NCBI GenBank assembly: GCA_964036045.1
Contig: OZ038378.1
Coordinates: 178,808,001 to 178,872,000 of the forward strand
Origin: Eutreptiella sp. 'Long Island Sound 2002'
Taxonomy: Eukaryota > Protista > Euglenida
Reading direction: 5' to 3'
DNA: 64,000 bases
In this document: positions 12,201 to 26,200 of the stretch, one piece after another
Numbering within the stretch: position 1 is the stretch's first letter
How the letters are laid out: every line of letters begins with the position of its first letter
Position numbers and translations under genes: made by a program
Notes under the pieces: generated by a model
Told to the model about the DNA's origin: nothing
The model's database searches: none
What the model saw: the letters and a program-made list of their open reading frames with translations, nothing else

Positions 12201-15200
12201 CGTGTCCACTCTCCATCTCCAGCCCCCTGTTCTCCTAGAAATATCCATAGCTATCAGCTGGAGCTATTGCTTTTGGGGACAGGTTGTGAGCCTTTCTTGC
12301 ATGGGAGTATGTTGTCACGACATACAATGGACGTCAGGTCCATCCTCCACACACCTTGACGTCGCCAGCCCCCCACTAGACTGCAAAATGTAGTCCCTCA
12401 AGCCATCGGCATCCACCAACAACGCAATGGGTGCGTGCTGCACGTCCAGCAGGTCATCGGCCACGGGCTCGCGATGGGGGCAGGCCACGAAGGGCAGCAT
12501 GTCCTTCTGATTCAGGTACTTGAGGATCAGGAGGATACCATTGGCATCAACGATGAGGTGCAGGAAATGCGCGGCCTGAAATGGGTGATTGCGGTGGAAG
12601 TACTTCGCCAACAGCAGCAGAACGTACGACACCGCCTTCAGCACCACTTCTTTGTGCCGCCGCAGCTCTGCAACACGGAATGGAGGTCCTGGTGTCGCAC
12701 GCCCTTCCATCTGATCAGTCAAACCTCATGCACAGCTCTGAGTCCCCATGCGGTGGTACAGGGCCCCCAAACAGACATGCACGTTCAGGGGGCAATCAGT
12801 GGGTTTGGCAGTTAATGCAGCTGGATGGATAATTTTGTCTGTGCGTAATCCCGCATTACCAGCCCAGCTGAAAAATGGGCGCCAGGGAGAGGGTGGGCAT
12901 AAATTCAGGAAAAATGGACTGATGGTAGCATGCACTGGTCCCTCCAAATTGTTGGTGACCGAATGGGGGCTACGGCTGGATATGTGTAGTGGGGAATTGA
13001 AATGTTCCCGACGCCTTTGGCACACAGAACTTCTTTCAGCTTGAGAAAAGGGGTTAATCCGCACATAAAATAGTGCTTTGTGTCCACCACCATTGCCATG
13101 CTGGCAGGGCTGGCCTTGAGGGCCTCCACTGTTGGGTGTGCATGCAACACACACACACATATCACACGTTGCATGCCCTCATCCTATAACATGCAGACAG
13201 AACACGTGCATGCCCGCATGCCTGACATACACACAACACACCTGCATCTCGCTCAACTCCAACGTACACCAGCACACATGCACCTGCCTAGCCTGCACCA
13301 TACACAAAGCACACCTGCATCTGTCGCATCTCCAAAATATACACAGTACACCCACATCTGCCTCACCTCCAAAACACAAACGGCACACGACACATTTTTG
13401 TGCAGACCCACTCTAACTGTGCAACACGGCATGATGCCCGAAATTCAAGGGATGGAAAACACCCTTGGGCGAATAATTGGGCACTGGATGGGAGCCGGAT
13501 TGAATGGGGATTGAATGGCAAAGAATGGGGCTTTGGATGAATGGTTGATGCAGAGATGGATGGGGACCATGGAGAGAGGGGGCGGGGGGGTGGTCAGATA
13601 TTGCCCCACAGTATGGCAGACGTGGCTATTTGGTGTGTATTAACTGGCAGGTGACAATCACTAGCGGCAGTGGCAGCGGCCAGGGAAATTGCTGGGGATA
13701 TTGGTCGCATTTTTGGTGGGGGGGTTGCAAGGGCTGAAAGTTGTTGTGATTTGACTCTCAGCCTTCCATACAAAAATGCCCATGCTTCAGGTGGCAAGAA
13801 TAGCACCTGGAATGAACCCTGAGTCAGTAAACCATCAGACATCTGTGTTGTTCTCCCAAACTCAGAGCTGGCTGAGGAAGAATGGAGGCGTGGTTCAACT
13901 CCCCAATTTCTGGATGTCAGCAACAGCTTTGGTTTCAAGCATGCAACACCGTTGGTCGACACAATGGCCATCGGCTTAAGCCACACGTACTGCCTACGGT
14001 GGTATGGAGCACTCTTTGATGGAGGTTGATGGGAACTGCCTGAAAATTGAAGGCCTACTGGGCCTTAGCTGAGCAAAGACCAGTCTAACTAACTGCTGAT
14101 AGCGTGGAAGAGGTCAAGCATACGCACAACACATGACCCAGTGTACCACCGGGATGGCCACAGCGCAAGGCGCTTTACAAATATGTGCAGATCAACGAAA
14201 TGGCATCCGCTGTTTGCGTCACCACATGGGAGATCTGTTCTTGATATATCTTGCAGAGCATTGGATCCAGAGTGCTGTCATGCATATCAGCCGCTGTATC
14301 AGCTGCAGGGCACGGCAGGACCATCTCCCCCGGGAGGCATAAGGGGAGCAATTGTAAAGGCTCATGCAGGCATGCGGGAACCATGTAATACGGTCTTTGT
14401 GCGTGCATTCCAGTCATCTCAAAGGGGGCTGTGAGTGGAGCTGTTGTACTGTGGCACACGTTCCCAACCCAGAACAGTCCCGAACCCACCCTTCCAACGG
14501 ACTCACTTTCTCACCCATTCCATTCAGAGAGCAGTAAGTTGAGGCCATGCTCACTTCAGGAGCGATCCCCGGTTGGTGGTGGGTGCTTGCAGAACTCTAG
14601 CTCCCTGCCATTTCCAGCTTTGGACCGCGTACGATTGCTTGCGCTCCCATTTGGAGACGTGCCTAAGGCTAAATTGACAACAGCATGTTGACTACGGTCA
14701 ATTCCTTGGTCACAACAGCACAAACACTCAATGACAAAAAGAGGGAAAACAGGGCACACACCCGCCTGCAACTGCCCCTCCAGCTCCGGATTCTGCTCTT
14801 CAAAGCCCTCCATACCACCCACGAGGTCCGACCAAAGGTCAATGTGCACCGAAGTGGCGTTGGGCAGGGCTGCAAGAAACAGCTTTAAGAGGCTCAGGAC
14901 AACAGGGGTCATGATCGGCAGCAGGGCCTCATACAGCACCTCCACGGGGCCCTTATCCGGCTGCAGTACACGGGGCGTGGTGTGCTGCTTCCGCACACCC
15001 GCGCCCGGGTCCTCTTCCTCCTCCTCTTCCTCCTCCTCGTCGTCGTCTTCATCTTCGTCTCGCAGCGGCGGAGGTTTTGGGGGCGTGACGTCACTGGGCT
15101 GCAGCGCACCAATCTGCACCACCACAGCGTTGCAGAGCCAGAGCAAAGCAGTTAAAGCAGGGGCGATGGGATGGGATGGGATGGGATGCAACCACCTTTC

Positions 15201-17214
15201 TGCAGGCTGCAGATTCCCACTCCCTGACACCCCATGCCTTGTGATGTTTTTAGCCTCACATGTTGCAAGTCATGGAGGATAGGCGCCCTTGTGCAATGCA
15301 ACGGCACAAAAGCTGGGCATTTGGTGAAACCTAGTATGCACGTGACAAAACCTAGTAAAATGTGGTGAAACCTAGTAAAAAAAATTTTTTAAAAAATTTT
15401 TTTGAAAAAGTTTTTTTTTTACTAGGTAAAAAAATTTTTGAAAAATTTTTTCCTTACTAGGTCAATTCCCGGCCGGGGACAAGATCAGAAGTGGCCAACA
15501 AGTGGCCCGAAAGTTCTACAGCCTGGTTCTTTTGTTTTTGGCGGTTTTGAAACCTAGTAAGAAAAAAAAGTTTTTTTTACTAGGTTCTGAAACCTAGTAA
15601 AAAAAAAATTTTTTTACTAGGTTCCCGATACCTAGTAAAAAACTAGTGAACCTAGTAAACTGTTACCTAGTAAAAAAAAAACTTATTTTAAAAAACTTTT
15701 TTTTACTAGGTTTAACTACAGACCCACAAAAGCTACAGCTGGTGGGGCAGTCCACTTGTGGCGACCCCTACGCACCGGGGGCTAAGGAGAGCAGGCAGGA
15801 GGAGCACGAGTCAGCCAACACCGAATCCCATGCCGTGCAGACCTACCACCACTTTGCAATTTCCTGCCCTTGGTATCCAACGACGAACAAACCTGCAAAC
15901 TGTAAAGCAAAAGAAAAGCGCTCAAGGCCCAAACGCTACTAGTGGCAACATTATCAGTACTGATGGTAGTTGCGCAAAGCCAAGGGCTGCTGTTGCGGTT
16001 ACCACGTCGTGTGGGACATGTGGAAATCTTTGCACCATGCCCTGCAGGGGGTTCCTTCAGGGAAAAGAAAATAAGAAACTGCCTGCGGTATCAGTGTGTC
16101 CGGACTGCCTACGGATCGACGTCGGTTGGCGGTTCAACAACGGGGGTTGGCAGTTAATGGACGGCGGGTGGTGGTTAACTGACGGCGGTTGGGGTCAACC
16201 GTCGGCGGTTGGCAGTTAAACGACGGTGGTTGGCGGATAACCGACGGCGATTGGTGGGTCACAACGGACAAGCGGGGATGGGGGGTCCTTAAGGGGGGGA
16301 AAGGACCTAAAGGACCCCCCCCCCATGCCCTGCTATGCCATCAGGGGAGGAAGCCTCAGGGTGGTGCCACTAGGTACCACGTGGAATATGAGCTCCCTTA
16401 GCAATATGCTTCGTGGAAAATGAGCTCCCTTTGCAATATGCTTGTCCCTTGGCTAAGTGGCAGCACGTGGGAAGGGGGAAGAACCCGCACTCACATGTGG
16501 ACTGGACATATGCGGCAGTCCAATCTCACTGGTGAAATGTGAATGCTGTTGTATGCCACCGTATGGCATTGCATGCTGCCACTCAAGGGGGGGGGGATTA
16601 CCGGCTACGTCATCGGTCAGATACTGTAGGAGGCGGGTCATACACCATGCAGAGGGACCGTTTCTTTATCAACGGTCCTGGCATAGCACATATTCCACAC
16701 CACAGCCATGATCCCTTGGCAAGACTCTAGGCCTTGCCCAGGAGGAGGAGGAGGAGATGCGGTCCCCGTAGGGTGCCCCTGCGCACCAGCCCCCACGGAC
16801 TTGGGACGCGGTCGTCGGTGGGGTGACCCTCTTGGGCCTGAACCGACTCAGCATCATGGCGGAGGCCCTCCTCTTTGTCTCTTCTGTAAGGGTACCCGAC
16901 CCATTGTCACCCTGGTTATCCATGTCGTGGGTTCCAGAAAGTATAGCCCAGAAAGTATAGGGAGCACGCATGTACACACGCCCGTAAAGCAGACAAACAG
17001 ACACACACACACACACACACACACTCTTGGTGAGGGAAACCGAGAACCAACCACCAAGAAACCCAGTGTGGACGATGAATGACACAGCAGGGCAATGTGG
17101 TCACAGGGCTCTGGTCTCCAAACACATCTTCAGGCCATGCAGAACAATGAAATTGTGATGAGGCTAGGCCCCTTTCGAAAAGAAAAAAAAGGACTTTGAG
17201 AGAGAGAGAGACAG

Positions 17215-17245
<31 letters not shown>

Positions 17246-20200
17246 GGACATGCACAGCACATGCACACGCCGCACATTGCACACCTTGTGGCCACACTCC
17301 ATGGCCGCCTCGTGCTGTGCCTCATGCTGCCGGGCCAGGACTGCGAGAGCCTCTCGAATTGGGAAAGGAATGGCCATGTGATCAAACTCTTTGCAGTCCT
17401 CGCGGGCATAGGGCCTGAATGGCGGGTGCAGGTCCTCGCGGAAGCACCCAAAATAATACATGAGCAGGTACTCTTCGCTGAGGTGTGCAAAGCGAGGGTT
17501 TTGACAGACGCCGTTGATGTACTGCATGACGTCCTCCGAGTATGTCTTCACTCCGCTTCTGCCTTGGGGCACAAATCCTGCACAACGCCAAACGCAGAGG
17601 CAGACCGGCCCTGAAATAAGAATCGCAACACTTTACCCACCCTGTCCCCCTTGCACAAGCAGGGCCGAGGTCACAACAACGAGCAGGCAGGGACATGGGG
17701 GGGGGGGGGGGCGACTACAACCGGTCCTGATGCGACACTCCCCCCCAGCTATCGGTCAAAACTTGGGGGGGGGGGGGGGGGCTGGGGAGGGGGCAGTTGG
17801 GGGGGGGGGGGGGTCCGCTGGAGGATTTGATTTGATTTGATTTGATTTGATTTGATTTGATTTGATTTGATTTGGGGCCGATCTTGAGGCTCACAGGCCG
17901 CACAGGGCGCACGATGGCTTCCCGACGACTCTGCATATCAGCCGGCCATGCGTGTGATGCACACCCCGTCCGCCCACGCGGGCCAAGGGGGGGGCAGGCC
18001 AACCGGCGTGCCCTGGGCTGGGAGGGGGGGGGGGGGGGGCTGGGCGCGCCTGTGGGGGGGGGGGGGGAGCCTCCACCTGCCCCGTCATGGGGGACTCCTC
18101 GCGGCTACCCGCGGGGGGGCCCCATGCATGTCAGCAGAGGGTGGAGGGTATGGCCCCCACCCTTGTGCATTCAGCACAGGGCGGAGGGACGTTCTCCATC
18201 CATGTGCATGCCAGCACAGGGTGGAAGGATTGGGCCTCCACCCCTGTGCACGCCAGCACAGGGTGGAGGGTACGGTGGGTGTTGCGCCACTGCAGCCAAC
18301 CCCCGCCCCTTTACCAATCGAGGGGCTATGAGAGTGCTGCAATAGCTGCACCCGGGCCGCAGTGCACGTACCGCTGCTGGTGCACCCGGTGTATGGTTGC
18401 AGCTCTGGCTCTGCTGCTACATTGCAGCCAACCCCCGCCCCGTTACCACCGAGGGGCTATGGGGGTGCTGCTACAGCCGCACTCAAGCTGTAGCGCACGC
18501 ACGGCAGCAACCGCAGCCCGTGTCTCGCTGCAGTTCTGGTGCTGCATCCGCACCGTAGCCAAGCCCGCTACATTACCAATCGAGGGGCCACGGGGTGCTG
18601 CAGGAGCCGCACTCTTGCGGCTACCCACGTACTGCAGCGCCGCAGCCGGTGTCGTGCCGCACCGGTGGTACTGCAGCTGCACTGCAGCCCACCCCTGCCC
18701 TAATACCAACCGAGGGGCTGAGGGGGGGGAGGGGCAGAGGGGGAGGGGGGCACGGGGGGGGGGGGGGCACTTCAGTGCAGGGTGGAGGGTATTATTCTCC
18801 ACCCCTGTGTACACCAGCACAGGGCGGAGGGTGTGCGCTCCACTCCTGTGCACGTCAGAGCAGGGGGACAGATCTCTACTCTTGTGCGCGTCAGCACAGG
18901 GTGCGAGGTAGAGGTCCCTTCCCCTGTGCACATCAGCGCTATGCGGGGGGAAAGCACACGGGGGGGGGGGGGCAGCACAGACTTGAGGGTCTGGCGCCCC
19001 GCCCCGGCGCTCTTCACCACAGGGCGGCGGGACTGGGTTCCTCGCCTGGGCACTAGTGCGCTAGGCGGAGGGACAGGGCTCCCCACCCCTGTGCACCACG
19101 GCACAGGGTGGAGGGTCTGGGTTCCCCTCCCCTGTGCACCACAGCACAGGGCGGAGGGAAAGGTTCCCCACCCCTGTGCACATCAGCACAGGGTGAAGGG
19201 ACAGGTCCCGCCGCCCATATGCACATCAGCACAGGGCGGCGGGACAGGCTCTCCTCCCCTGTGCACCACAGCACAGGGCGGACGGACAGGCTCTCCTCCC
19301 CTGTGCACCACAACACAGGTCTGAGGCGGGTTTGGGGAAGCTACTAGTGGGTGTTGTGAAGCAGGGGCTGCAGATTGGCAGGTGTGTCCACAGTGGTTGT
19401 GGTGATCTTCACTTCGCAACAAACGGGATTTGTTTAGCGCCTCGTCTTTCTAATTTGGCGCTCAAAACATGGATGGTTTGATGAAAGGGAAGCATGCACA
19501 AAAAACTTTGGCGCCGTTGGCGCCATGGCCCTGACACCACTATGTCTCAAAGGCCCGGGGGGGGGGGGGGGGGCTGGGGGGTGTCGCATACAAGGACCGG
19601 GCCCGGCCGCCCCCCCCGTGGGCAGGGATCTCGTGCCTAGATAAGGCCCTTGTCCCTTACAGCTCTGGGTCAAGACAATTGGAACCACTAGGCAGCACAC
19701 AGACACCAGCAAACCCCCCCCCTCCCATCAGCGAAGAAATCCCAACAAATCGGTGGAACAAAATGGGGGACCGATTTTTCCGCAAAGCAGCTTCCCAGTG
19801 GCCTGGATCTCGGCCCCAGGCCCCAAACACCCCTTGCTTTGGTTGCTGTGTAATTAGAGTCATGTGGAAACCCAAAATGTCTCTCAATTTTCGACAAAAA
19901 AGTTTCATCCCTCAGTCTGTACATGGTCCTTGAGCAGCGGTTTTCAGTCCCTTTCCATGCGGTACAACCCGACGTGCAAAGCGAAATTCCACTGCCAGCC
20001 CAGTAGGCTACGGACTTGGAAAGTGCATGTGTGACCGCAAAAGAGGTTCTTTGGTAACCAGAAGGGCCCATGGTTGAGCCATGATCACAGACCAGCTAAA
20101 AAGGAGCCCGCCAGGGCACCTGGCCTCCCCAGTCAGACAATTTCCCCCAGCAATCTGCACAAGAGCATATGATGATACGGGCGGACCGCTAATTTAAGCC

Positions 20201-23200
20201 ATTTGGCGATCACATCAGCAACAAATGGAGTGGTGGGGGCGCTTTTGGGGGGCCCCACTTGCTACCGAAGCCTACGTCTCCCCTAACCACATGCAGTTAC
20301 CTGATCTGGTACTGCTGGGGCTAAACAACGTTTATTGCTTAACATTAGTTCAACGCCCATAGCAACAATTTTCGTCGCATGTCCTGCGGTAGTCAATGTG
20401 ATGAGAAAATTGTTTTTTTCATGCATAAACAAGCCTACCGAAAGAAGACGAATGCACACAGGCTTCCCATTACAATATCGCTGGCCTTGGAGTGGTCAAT
20501 TTGATGGGAAAATTGTTTTTCATGCACAAACAAAGGCTGCCACAACAAGACAAATGCACATAGGAATCCCATACACATCACATCTTAGAGTGATGCCTCC
20601 GAATCAAGTGTCCCAGGATCCAACAAGTCGGCAGAACGAATTGGCAAAATCCCAGAAATCCAACCAAGCAGCAGAACAAATCGGCGAAATTCAGAAACCC
20701 AACAAATCGGCGGACCAGATCGGCGAAGTTGGCCAAATTCGGCCGCCGACTTGGGGGGGGGGGGGGGGGGTTGCACCAGGCACCAGATGAAGGACCCGGG
20801 TTTGATGATGATCTTGTGAGGAACTAGAGGCAGCATCCCGGGACTGTGCATCAGACGACGTCCGTGATTGGGTTTGCTTTTCCTTATGTACCATCTTTGT
20901 TGTTGTGCTGTGCAGTGTGTCTCTACACAAAGCCCAGTGGTGTTTGAGGTGTTTGGAGCCCATTACTGTCAATGCAATTCATCCAAACAAACAGAAGTGG
21001 GGTGCAGTCTCAAACAGAATGTTGTTGTGAGCACAAGTCTTCACAGGCATGACCGAGACCCTTTCTCGCTGCACTCAATCCTGGTCACAAAACCTGCAGC
21101 GAAAGTTGGAATGTCTGCTTTGGGCTATATACACTTTGCACAATGCAGGTGTTCGGCTGCAAGCAGGTTTAAAAGACACCATCGTGTGCGGTCATTGTCC
21201 GACTGCTGTGGCGCTTTCGATTGAGGTGGACAGTAGTGCAAACCCAACCAAGGGCAAGGCAACAGCTTCGTATAGCCTTATGGAACGAACAGAGTGTTTC
21301 CGACAAGACAGTTTGGAAGAGTCAGCGCGCCGCTGCAACAGCTGCTCTGCTGATTGCTCCTGCAATCAATGGGACACACGATCCGGGTCTGACTAGGCCA
21401 CCCAACACATACCCCACTCCCTGGCAGCCCCCTCCTCATATTGCTCCCCACTCTGATTTGGAATCTTAGGAACTTGAGACCCGGCGTGGCCAAATGAGTG
21501 CCAGCATCAGCTCCCAGGTGCTATGGCTAGCGGCCACCCCACCCCAACCCAAACCGGTGGCCAATTTTCACAGACCACTAGGGTACTGGCTGTGTCTGAC
21601 ATACCACTGCTCAAGGACCATACACAGGCCAAGTGGTGAATTTTTTTTCGAAAATTCAGAGACATTTTGGATTTCCACAAACCAAAGGAAGGTGTGTTTG
21701 GGGCAAACGAGATCCAGGTCAGTGGCAAGCTGCTTTGGTGAAAAATGGGTCCGCCGAATTGTTCCACTGATTTATTGGGATTTCTTCGCTGATTCTTTTT
21801 TGAGGGGGGGGGGGGGGGTCGATCTAGGGGTCGTTACAATATGAGCACAGGGGTATAAGGCATGAGGCATGGGTATCAGATGGGGCCAGGACCACCGGCT
21901 CCGGAGATGGAGTGGCCCAAAAGCCCAAATCCACCGTTTTGCCTACTAAGGATGTGTACCATGCTGGTGAATGGTGCTGTTCAGTGTGTTGCCGCTTGTG
22001 GCGTGGTATGGAGTTCATCGTGTGTGCAATCTGACAGGGGGCTTGTTTAATTAAGTTGTTGCGATGCGACATGTTTCCCATTCTAGCCAAGTAGTCCGCC
22101 GGTTCATTGACAGGGATCGGTACATGTGATGGGGAGCTTGACCCAATGAATGGTCGTCGATCTTTGGTCGGTTTTCTGTGATGAGTTGTCCCCAAAAATC
22201 CCACAGTGCCACAATCCCAGACTGCCATAATGCCACACCACTACAGTGCCGCAGTGCCACACACCCCCACAATGCCACAGTGCCACAGTGCCACGGTGGG
22301 ACTGTGGGGGTGTGGCACTGTGCCACTGGGGGACCGTGGGACTTTGGGACTTTGGGATTGTGGCACTGTGACATTCTGAGACTGTGGCAGTGTGGCGTAG
22401 TGTGGGTGTATGGCACTGTGGCACTGTGGGGGTGTGGGACTGTGGGACTGTGGGGGTGTGGGACTGTGGGACTGTGGGACTTTGATACTGTCCCACAGTT
22501 CCACAGTGCCACACCTCCACAGTCCCACAGTCCCACAGTCCCACAGTCCCACAGCCCAAATCCCCACGGTGCCACGTTCCCAAAACCTTGAAAGCCCGTA
22601 AGCCCCTGTTCCCACAGTCCCAGAGTCAGACCACAAGTAAAGGTGGTGCTAAGCCCTGGGGTGCCACAGGGACCCGCTACTGACCAGGCAGTGCTGCAGA
22701 AGGCGGAAGAGGTATACCATTGCGAAAGGGCAGCGGCATCGGGGCTCGAAGAAAGCCCAAAGGCCCTAGGCCACAGAGCATCAGTTTCCAAAGCAGGAGC
22801 AAAATCTTTTTCATGGGCAAAAAGTTCTGGAGACCGGTGCCGTTGATATACCCCGTCAAATCCCTCACCACGTAGAAGAAGAAGACCAGGATATCTTGCC
22901 CGTGGTACCTGCGGTCAAGGACACACACACACACGAGGGAGTGGAATGCAGAGAGGCCCCAAGTGGCCTCAGGGGTCAAGGGAGGGCAGCCGTGCTGCTG
23001 CTGATGCCGCCATGAGGGGCCGGGCGCCGGGTAAATGGGGCAACCGGATGTGATGAGGAGAACAACGTCAATGTGGCGTGGTCCTCACCGGAAACGGGGG
23101 TTGGTTCGTGGGGGACTACAAGGGGGGGGGGGGAGGATTTAGTACGGGAAAATTTTTGTCCGGAAAAATTTTTAGTGCGGGAAAAATTCCGCCACACTTT

Positions 23201-26200
23201 TCCATGGTGAAGGGCAAGGCCTAAGGTCAGCTCTCCTTACTGAGGGGGACACCACTTGGGGAAAAGGTGTGATGAGGGTCTAGTTTGCTGAGGTCCACAC
23301 AGTTCCCCGCACTGCAAGTGGCATCCAAATTACTGATTGCACCCAGCCGCTGACCCTGGTCGTAACTCCCCAATTTGGAGTCCTCGGGCCTTGCTCTTTA
23401 TCTTTTTGCCATTCCTTTTGGGTATTTTTTGCTGTGGCCCCCCAACATTTTCCTTGAAACATCGTTGTCAGGCAGTTCGCAGAAAACAAATTGCCCCAGC
23501 TCTGTACCTACAGACACAGATAATCAGCCCCCCAAGCACAGGGTACAAATGTTGAACTTGATGACCAAAACAAAGTATGGGAAAAATTCCGCCACAATTG
23601 TTAAAAGTGATGGGGAAAATTGCGCCAGAATTGGGCGTACTAAATTTTTCCAGACAGGTTTCGTCAGCTAAACCCCCCCCCCCCTTAAAAGCCGGCGCGT
23701 GCTTTTATTTTATTGCGTGCTTTTATTCTTTGCTGGCTTTTATTTTTACCATTCATGCTTTTGCTATGTTCTGAAGATGCTTAGTATGGATGCTTCTCTT
23801 GCAACTGTTGCTGAGGCTCGAGAATATGATGCCTGCGTTGTTGATGATGCCTGGGCTGCAGAAACTGATCCAGGGGAATCAGATGAATCCTGCGGATGTA
23901 AAGCTGCGGGTCCCATTTCAGTTTGTGCCACCGGTTGAGGTGGTGCAGCCTGCTGCTGCACCAAAGCCTAAACCAAAGGCTGCACCTAAGCAGCTGTCTA
24001 TGGCTGCTTTTCTGAAGGAAAACTAAACAACGAGGTGGATAAACTGCATGTGTTTGGCAAGCAATTTCACGTTCTTGAATCTTTCATTTGAGGGATGGTG
24101 AGGCTGGGATGTTGCTGCGTGCTTTTATTGTGATGCATTTAATAAACGCCGGCTTGCGTGCTTTTATTTCAGTTGCGTGCTTTTAAAGGGGGGGGGGGTT
24201 TACTAAATTCCCCCCCCCCTGTGCCACGACGTGGTCGTAGCACGTGACAACAGGTACCACAAAGCGCTTGGTGGGTCACTCAGCGCAGATTAGTGTATGC
24301 AGCCACCCTTGTTGGTCATATCATAGGCAAACTCCAAGCTAATGCCCAACTTTTGCAACCAAACATTCAATAGACATTCCGTTTGTTTTTTCACATTTTG
24401 GAGCGCATTAGATATTTGCATTGCAAAAACAAATGCAACATTGGGTGGGACACAAACAGCCCTGCAAGCAAACAGGTTCACACCATCTGTGTCGCACAGT
24501 TCGTAGCACCAATGCGTTTGCAATTCCCTGGAGGCGTGGTTATATTGTTCGCCTGTTGTGGAAAGGTCGCCGTTGTCGTCGTTGAATGGTTGCCACCCAT
24601 TTTCCTTTACAGTGGTGATATACGAACATGCCAGATCGCACGAGCGGCTGGAAGTCGGTGATTATCTTCTCGTACCTGTGCGCCCTACCCTCTGCGATAC
24701 ACGAATGCCGCCTGTGCCCCTGGAGTCTACTGTTTGTCGTGTCCATCGTGCACACAAGGAGCGTTTTTTGGTCCTCCGGTTACTGTATGCCGGTGATGAT
24801 TTCCGTGTAGGCTTTGCCTGGGGGCGGTGAATCAACCGTAGGACACCCAGCGCTTACCTATGCATCCACGCATGGGCATGGCACCATGCATACAAGGACC
24901 ACAGCACATGAACCACAGGTGACACCCTCAGGTGGTGGTGATGCCCCAGAACAATTTCATTCATGCTCAAACTGGTCCGACACCTAATCTCCTACGTGCA
25001 TCAGCATAGCAGGTTTGCAGAAACCCCCGGCACACTGATTCACAGCTTCTTAACCACAAGGGAACATGGTTGATTCAGCCTCTGAACGGGGCTCCGAAAT
25101 GGGATAAAATATCGTCAGGGACATTTTGTGGAAGGCATAGAATTTTCCTTCTGGCGCCTTTGGCACCAATGACAGGCCCAAGCCTGCAACTGTGGCCGCA
25201 TATCACTCGCTCATATCACGCACATCAAACGAAAGATGCACACCACAACACACCTGAACTGCATTAGAGAGGCGCGGAAAGCCTCGTGCTCAAATAATGT
25301 GATCAACAAACAATACAAAATATTGCAGCAGCACTTCACGATATAGGACTTGGGATGCGTGGTTTGGACTGCTGGGGTACTCGGCGGCGTCCCCCACGCA
25401 TCCAAATCCTCTTTGTAACTTGTCACAATGGAGCAAAAAAGGGATAAGATGGGGTATAGAACGCCCCCGTCCCACAGAAACATGACATTGGACTGCACTG
25501 CGTTGACGTAAGCGTTGGGGCAAGGGAACGGGTCATCACCCGCCCCAATCGCAATCGCTGTGATCCATCCCAATGACTGCATCTGCTGCTGGCAGTCGAC
25601 CACCAACGCTGGGGTGTAGGGAGTGTCGAAGGGAATCGGTTCCCCAAACTCTAACTTGTTGACCCAATCCTGAGTGAAGGGGGCCAGGGATACACATGGC
25701 CAGACGTGCAGTGTTGTGAGTTGCACCGCACTTGCACGCCACAGTCTCACAATCACACAGCCCCTGAGCTCTCACCGTTGCTGCCATCGCCTAAGTGTCT
25801 GAGTGTGTGCATATGTGAGGAGCGGGAAGGGAAATCGCGGAGGAGGGCAGGGCGGTAGTTTTGTGCGTGAGCATCCATTCCCCTGCTCACAAATGCCGTC
25901 TGTTCCCTTAAGCTCTTGCTTCTAAGTGCAGGCTGGCTGGAGCCCTTTCCATCTTGATTGGTGTGTGCGGATCCTCCGCAGCGCCGAGGATCTCCGCATA
26001 CGTCCACATACGGCACCTGGGCTGGGGTTGGGGGGAATTAGTGGGCCGAACATTTTGATCCCACAGCTGCTGTATGCCCTTGTAAACGTTGGCGTTGGAG
26101 TGCAACAGTCCCTGTGGGTTTTCCACTCTGCAGTCCTCCAAATGATGGAACACACAAAATGCAGTTTGAGTGCAGCTCACCACCCTTCCGCAACCTTCTG

